From Octopus sinensis (lineage: Eukaryota), in contig NW_021832203.1 in the NCBI RefSeq assembly GCF_006345805.1, positions 1-30,989 on the forward strand: 30,989 nt of DNA, in the 5' to 3' direction. The notes below the pieces were generated by a model. The model worked only from the letters and a program-made list of their open reading frames with translations, did no database searches and was not told the origin of the DNA. The translations under genes and the position numbers were made by a program. This document shows positions 23,104 to 30,989 of the stretch, piece after piece. The number at the start of each line of letters is the position of its first letter. Within the stretch, counting starts at the first letter, position 1.

Positions 23104-23399
23104 ATAGCAAAAGATGCTCACCCAAATTTCTGTGTAGGAGAACTGCACCCAAAAACCACATGACTGGGAAGCAAGTATCCGCACGTGACTGCACGCTTTA
23201 TGTCAAATTCGTCATTCAGAACGCAGTGTGAGATGAAAATATATAACGGTTGTGCTTTTATTTTATTTTTGTTTTAGGAGCCTCCGCAGATTGGAGCAGT
23301 TATAGATTCCGTCCATGCCCTTCCAGCTTTGACCCGCTGATATGTGAAAGTCGTGACAATTGTTGGGTGAGAGGAACGTATCAACACTCAGCTGCTATT

Positions 23400-23535
23400 C
23401 ATTCTCAGATTAGTTGGCTGGTGTAACCTGAAAGTAAGTGCTTTGCTTAAAGGTACAACACGCCACCGGTTCCAGGGATTGTAACATTACCATCCTGAGC
23501 CCAATAGTGAGCCCAGTACTGTAACCATTAAAACA
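23400..23535 (-). mobile_element. Decayed tRNA/CORE-like SINE, family D
   Basis: AAGTGCTTTGCTTAAAGGTACAACAC...CCGGTTCCAGGGATTGTAAC...TAACCATTAA resembles the antisense of a GTTGTGTCCTTGAGCAAG-type CORE SINE. Confidence 0.5.
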
Positions 23536-24239
23536 CACACATATTTATAAGAAAATAACACTTGTCTCCTAAAATCCTAACCCTTGATAAAAGTAACATC
23601 ACGCAAAATATGAATTGCTGATGAGAACTAACCAGATTGAATTTACCAATCTTCAGTTGCTTTGTACAACATATTCTTGATTTCTTGAAATTTTCTTGCT
23701 TCAACAAGGCTTTTGTTTTCTTTTTGAAAATTGAAATTAAATTTCCGTTAATTCAGTTATTGCATACATCAAAACTATTTGCAGCACTATAGGCCCGCCT
23801 CCAGAGCGAAGCGAAGCCTCGAATACCTAAATACTTAAACTCATCATACATAGATTAATATTGGGCTCCTGGTCTCTTAGGCGCCGTCCAACTCTCCAAC
23901 GTGACTATGCCTTAATGTTGTGCATACCATCCACCTTAATTATTTAATTTTTGCCACTCGCCCACTAGATATATTTTCCTTCGTTCTGTAACTTATTATG
24001 TGCTTATAAAATAGTAATATCCATTGATCGACGTAACCTTGCAAAGACACTACTTTGCTGATGTGATTTAATAAGAGTAAATTATGTCTGCAGCTGTTAC
24101 CGTTCTCACTAATAAATATCAGCTTCCTGCCCTTAATGTGAAATGTCATTTTTTTTTTTTAGTCTTTATCTTTTGTGAAGGTCATTGCTCTAGAAAGATA
24201 TAGTAAACATTTCGAAGAGTTTGCGACTCGATAACAAAT

Positions 24240-24665
24240 TTCGTTGTTCTTCCGTTTGGCAACTGGCGATGGTTTCTTTACGTCCCTGTAAACTAAACCC
24301 GGCAAAAAGAATCGATTGAATAAGTACTGGTATTAAATACTGGGTTTAATTTGTGCCACTGACCCTACAACTTATTTCTTTATTGCCCACAGGGAGCTAA
24401 ACATAGAGGGGACAATCAAGGACAGACAAAGGGATTAAGCCGATTATTTTCACCCCAGTGCATAACTGGTACTTAATTTATCGACCCCGAAAGGATGAAT
24501 GGCAACGTCGACTTCGGCGGAATTTGAACTCAGAACGTAACGGCAGACGAAATACCGCTAATCACTTCGCCTGGTGTGCTAACGATTCTGCCAGCTCGCC
24601 GCCTTATCTGACCCTACAACTTGGTGATCTAGAATGGTCGCAGTCCAGTGCTGATGCAAATAAAC
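24240..24665 (+). mobile_element. SINE family B tail, decayed, interrupted by a family-A copy
   Basis: TTTACGTCCCTGTAA...CGGCAAAAAGAATCGATTGAATAAGTACTGG...|...GGTGATCTAGAATGGTCGCAGTC. Confidence 0.7.
24374..24607 (-). mobile_element. SINE family A, full-length monomer (tail type 1) with a perfect 15-bp TSD
   Basis: CTGACCCTACAACTT at 24359-24373 and 24608-24622. Confidence 0.93.
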
Positions 24666-24746
24666 GTGTACTCTAAAAGAGAGCATATCTATAATAATAA
24701 ATGCTAAAACGAATTTCTGTGTGTCAGTGTGTCACACTTAAAACCC

Positions 24747-24782
<36 letters not shown>

Positions 24783-24829
24783 ATTCAATGACACTTTTAC
24801 TATTCCTCATACTGATGTGAGAGTAATAA

Positions 24830-25130
24830 TAGGCATAGAGACGGCGATGGCGGTAGTAGATTGACGGTTGTGATGGTAATGGGGTGATAGTAGTAGTATG
24901 AGCTGTAGTTGTGACAGAGGCGGCGGCGACGGTGATGATGGTGGTGTAGGTGGTGGTAGCCGAGGCGGTCAGGGATGACGGTGATAGTAAGCAATTTTAG
25001 AAGACAGTGGTGATGGTGGTGGAGGGGAAGGCGGCGATGATGAAGGTATTGATGGTGGTGATGTCAGATGTTTGAATGCTGCGAGTATGGCAGTTGTGGT
25101 GGCGATGGTGGTGGTCCTGGTGATGGTCAT
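24830..25130. repeat. Cryptically simple (GGT)/(GAT)/(GGC) tract
   Basis: Direct reading. Confidence 0.85.
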
Positions 25131-25452
25131 GGTTGAAAACAATCAACAGAAAGAAAGTGGTTAGACAGAGAAAAAATTGTACTGAGCCCCGAATGAGGAG
25201 ACAAAAGATTTTGCTTATTTTGCAGCTTTGCAATAAGTTCCAAATCGACAAGCCATATCATTGTTTTGATAAAAATTGTTCATTGTTTGAAAAATATTGG
25301 ACAAGTTTAATAAAATTTAATAGGTAATCAATGCATGAAGTGTCATTGTTGGGCCCAAGGCCCAATGAAAAGCCCTCTGCAGGAGCTAGCTTAAAAGCCA
25401 TTCGACAAGGTAGCCTTTAAGCCAGTACATTTTTATGTTTGCATAATTATGT

Positions 25453-25905
25453 GTATGTATGTCTTGTTGTGTCTAGGGAGAGTCATCTTCTTTTTGTGCC
25501 TTATAACAAAATCCAAAAGCAAAATGTATGTATGTCATTATCCAGTTTTATTTCAAGATTTCTTACCAATAGAAAAAGGGCCGGTTTCTGCCCTTGATCC
25601 AAGGCTCTTTCACTGGAAGTTCAATATCAACAACAGGGTATGTATGTATCTTCTATTATAAATCCTCCACTAAGGAGGGAGCCGGTTTCCAACAAAGATA
25701 CAAGTCTCCATGTATGTATGCATGTTCTTGTTCTTTTCTTAATTCAGGTTACTGTTCTTCTCGGAATGTTCCACCGATGTTCTAAGATTTTTATAAGTGT
25801 GGAAGCATTTCAGTTCTGGTGTACTTGTGCTTTGGTATGGCCACCAGAATCCTTCCTTTGTATAGCATTGTAAACTGTCCGTATGTATCCAAGTATGTAT
25901 GTATC
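25453..25905 (-). repeat. Array of modules separated by (GTAT)2-3; probably stacked retroelement 3' ends
   Basis: Short repeats at 25453, 25526, 25638, 25712, 25881 and 25893. Two spacers share G.GCCGGTTTC...GAT.CAAG.CTC. Confidence 0.55.
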
Positions 25906-26499
25906 TATGAACATAGGCAGAGAAAGGGCGTATAGAAGGAGAGTATGAGTGAAATGCGGTTAAGACGATATGGTGGAAGCTCTTTAGACTGAATGGTTCA
26001 TAGAAGACACATAGTGAATGGAAAATTAGATACTTAGAAGCAGAGAAAGAATGAAAGAAAATAAAGAAGACGAAGGAGGAAGTAACGAAAGAATTAATGA
26101 CAGTAAGAAATTATTAGAGAGAAATTGTTAGACAGAAATTCTTGAAACAAAAAAAAAAATAGATGGAGAAATAAAGAGTGAGAGAGGGGGGAGGGAAAGG
26201 AAAAGGGTTGAAAAATAGAGGAAAGAAAAAAGCAGAGGATTTGAGAAGAGAAATAGTATGAAGAAAGAAAGAAAGAAAATTAAATTATAAATATTACAGA
26301 AGCCAAATGATAATAACAGTAAGAATATTTGTAATAATTAGTGTAATAATGATAATAACAATGATTTCAAGTAATAATAATAACAATAATTGAATGGAAA
26401 AGGAAAAAAAATGATAATGATAATAGTTATCACTCAATTTTTGTTCTTAATAATAATATTTCTTCTTCTTCTTGTTCTTCACCTCCTCCTCCTTCTTTT

Positions 26500-26519
26500 T
26501 CTTTTCATTATTATTATTA

Positions 26520-26574
<55 letters not shown>

Positions 26575-27110
26575 CATTATTATTATTTTTATTATTATTA
26601 TTATTATTATATAAATAAAAGAAATCATTTAGTAGTAGTACTAGTAGCAGTAGCAACAGCAGTAGCAGCTGTAGTAGCAGTAGCAATAACAGAAGCAGTA
26701 ACAGCAGCAGCAGCAGCCTTAGCAGCAGCAGTAGTAGTAGTAGTAGTAGTAGAAAAAAGGAACTGCAGTGAAAGAAAGGAAGAAGGAGAATGAGAAAAGA
26801 ATAGAGTACATAGAAACGATACTGGTGGTGGCGATGATGCTCATGAAAATAATGACCATGGTGATGATGATGACGGTGGTTTTGGTGGTGGTGATGATGA
26901 GATGAGTCGATGTGGAGGCTGGTGGGGGGGGGGCAACAGAAAAGAACGTCGATGAACTCCCCACCACCACCAGCACTGCCACCCCATCACCCACTAAATG
27001 TGTGAAAAGATGTAGACAGAGAAGAAAATTCATTATTTATAAGAGGAAAAGAAACACCACGAAAAAGGAGAGTCGAGAAAGAAAGAACAACAGCAGCAGC
27101 AGCAGTAATG

Positions 27111-27168
<58 letters not shown>

Positions 27169-27174
27169 CAGCAA

Positions 27175-27220
<46 letters not shown>

Positions 27221-27250
27221 TGTTGTTGTTGTAGTAGTAGTAGTAGTAGT
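26500..27250. repeat. (ATT)n, (AGT)/(AGC)n, (GGT)/(GAT) and (AGT)n arrays
   Basis: Direct reading. Confidence 0.95.
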
Positions 27251-27443
27251 AGAGGATGCGGAAGAGAAGGAGGAATAGGAGGAATCAGGAGGAGGTAGGC
27301 GGTAAGATGGAGTAGGAGGAAGAAGTGTATCTCTTATTGATTTAAGAGAAGAAGATTTCTTTAGTTTTCCGCTCCAGCAACTTCCTATCATTTAGGTAAT
27401 CGTTATCACACTCCTGGGTGATTTGTCTTGTTGAAATCACACA

Positions 27444-27561
27444 GCCGCCATTTCTGTAGCTGTTTAAGCGAAAGCCATATTGGTTGCTGGCCGAGCAAAG
27501 AATGTGATTTTAAGTGGAGACGAAAACCAGTCGAAAGTTGATAACCCTTTCCGTCACTTCC
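27444..27561 (-). promoter_or_regulatory. Possible promoter-motif cluster (ETS-like, CCAAT, YY1-like)
   Basis: Minus-strand order is GGAAGTGAC (27553-27561), CCAAT (27479-27483), AAATGGCGGC (27444-27453). No downstream gene was identified. Confidence 0.2.
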
Positions 27562-28032
27562 AACACGTTTATGGTTTAACGAGATATAGTGCTGACTGGC
27601 TTTGCACAGATTTACAAAGGATTTATAGGATTAGCCCGTCTAGCGGTGTACAAGTGTTGCATAATTGTATGTGTGAACATGTTAGTTGTGTGAGGGTACG
27701 TATATACATATACATACATATATACATACATACATACATATATATATATATATATGCATGTGTGAGATGGCTTTTGAATGTGTGAGACAGTGTGAGCGTG
27801 TATCTGTGTGTGTGTGAGAAAGAGTTCTTAAGTGTGTGTCGGTTGTATGGCTAAAACCTGCAAATATTGAACAGAGAGAGAGAGAGAGAGAGAGAGAACA
27901 TACACGTTGTTCTGCCTTCGTTTTGACTGTCACTCCAATGCGTTAAATATATCTGAGTGACGACTGTTCATATATGTAATTATTTAGACGTGGAAGTTAG
28001 GTGTACAAAATAATGTATATAAGAATGTAAAT

Positions 28033-28065
<33 letters not shown>

Positions 28066-28243
28066 CGTGTGTGTGTGTTTGTACACGTGTTCATTAATAT
28101 TATTTAATAGGTCTTCTACGAAAGCTTACATGCACACGTATCATCTTTCTAAACCCGCAAATTCACATAACAATATTCATAAAGATTTAAATATGGCATG
28201 TGCATTGCCTTGCTCTAATTTATAAGAGTGTATGTATAGAAAA

Positions 28244-28633
28244 GTCTATGTGCGGTAAGAAGCTTGCTTACCAACCACAAGGTTCCGGGTTCAGTCCCAC
28301 TGCGTGGCACCATCGGCAAGTGTCTTCTACTATACTCTTTGACCAAAGACTTGTGAGTGGATTTGGTAGACGGAAACTGAAAGAAGCCCGTCGTACATAT
28401 ATATATATAACACGCACACACATACACACACACACACACACACACAAACATATATATATATATATATATATATATGTTTGTGTGTGTGTGTGTGTGTGGT
28501 GTGTGGTATGTGTGTGCGTGTGTCCCTTCGCCACGCTTGACAACCGAACTGGTGTGTTATGTCCCCGTAATCTAGCGGTCCGGCAAAAAGACCGATAGAA
28601 TAAGTACTAGGCTTACAAAGAATAAGTCCTTGG
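28244..28633 (+). mobile_element. SINE family B, 3'-truncated, with an internal microsatellite
   Basis: GGTTCCGGGTTCAGTCCCACTGCGTGGCACCATCGGCAAGTGTCTTCTAC...GACCGATAGAATAAGTACTAGGCTTACAAAGAATAAGTCC. Confidence 0.9.
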
Positions 28634-28650
28634 ATTATATATATATATAT

Positions 28651-28795
28651 GGTGGCGGTGTGGTAAGAACGTTGTTACCCAACTACATAATTCTAGGTTC
28701 TGTCCCACTGTGTGGCATCTTGAGCAAGTGTCTTCTACTATAACTACGTACAAGACAAAGCCATGTGACTGAATTTGGTCAAAGAGGAAAACGAT
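28651..28795 (+). mobile_element. SINE family B, 5' part only
   Basis: GGTGTGGTAAGAA...GTCCCACTGTGTGGCATCTTGAGCAAGTGTCTTCTACTATA. Confidence 0.75.
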
Positions 28796-28804
28796 CAGTG
28801 ATGG

Positions 28805-29320
28805 TACGTCAAACAGCACATTGAACCTTTGAAGCAGTTAGAAATAGCAACAGGATACCTAGTGAAGATGTGACACAGCCAAAAGAATTTAAGAAATAAA
28901 ATGAAGAGCAACGATTGAACAAGTGGAGAGTGAATGTGATGTATGGAGAGTTGATCAGAAAGATGGAAAGAAAAAAACAAGAACAGCACCTGAATGTGGC
29001 TAAGGAAAAGTAATCTGAAAGGATGCCTTAAAGCATAGATTTGCAGCGCTCAGGAACAACGTTTCATAACTAATTTCACCAAGTTCCAAACAGATAACAG
29101 TATTGAATTGCACCTTCATAGAATGTATAGCATCAAAAATTCAAGTCTTACATAGTGTGAGTGTGTGCAGAAAATTTGCGAAATGAAGTACGACAACCTA
29201 GCTAGGTATGTTCATTGGAGAGTGTGTGAGAAGCAAGGTTTTTTAAAGGGCGTTGAAATGGTAGATGTTTAATTCAGATGTTACCTAGCATAAAAAGTTA
29301 AGATCTTGCGGGATTTTTCT
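28805..29320 (+). pseudogene. Decayed C-terminal region of an R4/Dong-like non-LTR retrotransposon (post-RT, zinc-knuckle, pre-RLE)
   Basis: With stops and frameshifts it translates YVKQHIEPL..., NKW...MYGELIR, WLRKSNLKGCLKA*ICSAQEQ (28997-29059), DNLARYVHWRVCEKQGF (from 29192) and KILRDF (29300). These match the R4-type motifs WL...G.L......ICAAQEQ, RHD.VA..IHW.LC and KILWDF. Confidence 0.85.
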
Positions 29321-29341
29321 GCCCGGCGTGCTGACGTTTCT

Positions 29342-29559
29342 TACTTCTTTATTGCCCACAAAGGGCTAAAAATAGAGGGGACAAACGGATTAAGTCGATT
29401 ACATTGACCCCCAGTGCATAACTGGTGCTTAATTTATCGACCCCGAAAGGATGAAAGGCAAAGTCGACATCGGCGGAATTTGAACTCAGAACGTAACGGC
29501 AGACGAAATACTGCTACGCATTTCACCCAGCGTGCTAACGTTTCTGCCAGCTCGCCGCC
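29342..29559 (-). mobile_element. SINE family A, full-length monomer (tail type 1, short internal deletion)
   Basis: Head CTGCCAGCTCGCCGCC, core and tail ...GGGCAATAAAGAAGTA. No TSD was found; it abuts a head fragment at 29321-29341. Confidence 0.9.
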
Positions 29560-29619
29560 TTTTATTTGTATAAAGGTTGTCATTGTTATTGTTGCGGGCG
29601 CTTTTATTGTTGCTCTTGT

Positions 29620-29810
29620 TCCACTGGAGTCGATGTTATCGACTTAATCCCTTTGTCTATACTTGTTTGTCCCCTCCATTTTTTTCCCGGACAAAATGGT
29701 TAGCGGCGTTCCATCCACCCTTACGTTCTGAGTTCGAATTCTGCCGAGGTCGTCTTAGCCTTTTATCCCTTTTGGTGTCGATAAAACGAATATCAGTGGA
29801 TATCAGTGAA
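29620..29810 (+). mobile_element. Decayed family-A tail fragment followed by a decayed A body
   Basis: CACTGGAGTCGATGTTATCGACTTAATCCCTTTGTC, then TTACGTTCTGAGTTCGAATTCTGCCGAGGTCG. Confidence 0.7.
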
Positions 29811-30289
29811 GTGAAGCCAAACAAATACAATAAAATCATTAGGAAAATATTTTTAAGATAACAAATTAAAACAATAAAAAACTAATTACACCACAAAATA
29901 ATTAAACAATTATATGAACGCACGAGTTTCACCCTCAGTAGTAAAAGCCACGCAGATGTTGTGAGTTCATCAGAAAGGATAACACTGGTTGCTTTTTTTT
30001 CTTACGTTTCGTTTTTAGTATTAAGTCTTTGTGGTTTTCTTTAATTTTTGATTATTAGCTTATATTGTTTTGTGTGTGTTATTTAAATTTACGTGAGATT
30101 CAGCATAATTTTTTGTGCACCATATTTCTCGGTGTTTTCTCATTCTGATTACGCTTACTTCTATTATATGCATGAATGACAATCCGCCATCTCTAGTTGG
30201 TTTGGCGGCAACTGGTTCTTCTTTTAACATTATAACCAAACATTGCAACGCATGTTGTATTCGATGCGCTACCGATTGGCTATATCTGC

Positions 30290-30657
30290 CATACTGGTAT
30301 GTGTGTATATATATATATTATATATATATATAATATATATATATATATATTATATAGATATAATATATACATATAAACATATTCATGTGTACTTATACAT
30401 ATATAGAGATAAATATAGATTTAGATTTATGCATACAAGTATGTATTTATGCGTGCATGTGTATGTGTATCTGTGCTTGTTTGCATATTACTTCTTGTCT
30501 TGAATTTGAAATTAATAATTTCTATCTGTTTACATATATGTTGCCACCGGAATTATATCTCCTTGATTACACTTTAATATTGGTGTATTAAACGTTGCCC
30601 TTACGACAAGAAAGACATTAGTTATCCTTGTTATCCTAATCCTTTTTATTATTATTA

Positions 30658-30699
<42 letters not shown>

Positions 30700-30989
30700 C
30701 ATTATTATTATTATTATTATTATTTAGTGCTGTTGTTTTTGCTTTATACGAAATGTTCCGTGTCTCACTGAGGGAATTTCAAGTGACAGGACTATTCTTC
30801 TTCTTCTTCTTCTTCTTCTCTTCTTCTCTTCTTTCCTTCTTCTTCTTCTTCTTCTTCTTTCTTCTTCTTCTTCTTTCTACTTCTTCTTTCTTCTTCTTCT
30901 TTCTTCTTCTTCGTTCTTCTTCTTCTTCTTCTTCCTTCTTTCTTTTCGTCTTCTTTCTTCTCTCTGTCTTCTTCTTCTTCTTTCTTCTC
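30290..30989. repeat. (TA)n (~30305-30360), (ATT)n (~30650-30724) and degenerate (TTC)n (~30795-30989)
   Basis: Direct reading. Confidence 0.95.

Larger units (their letters stand above)
21603..23195 (-). mobile_element. SINE family B broken by nested insertions
   Basis: Tail at 21603-21800, post-CORE segment at 22508-22565 and head at 23104-23195, all collinear on the minus strand. Confidence 0.7.

Noticed and set aside
23790-23822. GAGCGAAGCGAAG, reminiscent of Helentron-associated termini
   Set aside because: An isolated short motif with no partner subterminal repeat or hairpin.
25453-25905. CRISPR interpretation of the repeat-spacer pattern
   Set aside because: The repeats are 9-13-nt microsatellite units, the spacers are irregular and partly homologous, the context is eukaryotic and there are no cas genes.
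29905-29980. Minus-strand CUGAUGA…GAAAC hammerhead-like match
   Set aside because: Stem II is weak and no stem I can form around a permissible cleavage triplet.

Overview
AT-rich, repeat-saturated eukaryotic intergenic or intronic DNA. I find no supportable intact protein-coding gene, rRNA, tRNA or CRISPR array, and nearly all ORF-track entries are microsatellite or SINE read-throughs. The repeat content (tRNA-derived SINEs, one with a CORE-like domain, plus extreme microsatellite density) looks like an octopod cephalopod genome; this is recognition and was not database-checked. Content: about 25 SINE copies or fragments in four families (my labels A-D), three TIR/MITE elements (hAT-like, Tc1/mariner-like, unclassified), decayed R4/Dong-like and RTE-like LINE fragments, and many di-, tri- and tetranucleotide arrays. 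Best leads: (1) an inverted pair of Penelope-type minimal hammerhead ribozyme motifs at ~3.0-3.25 kb; (2) TSD and junction evidence that SINE family A prefers GGTA-initial targets and inserts into its own head, building tandem multimers; (3) a stack of related modules each ending in (CATA)2-3 at 25.45-25.9 kb. End coordinates of decayed repeats are approximate (about 10-20 nt).
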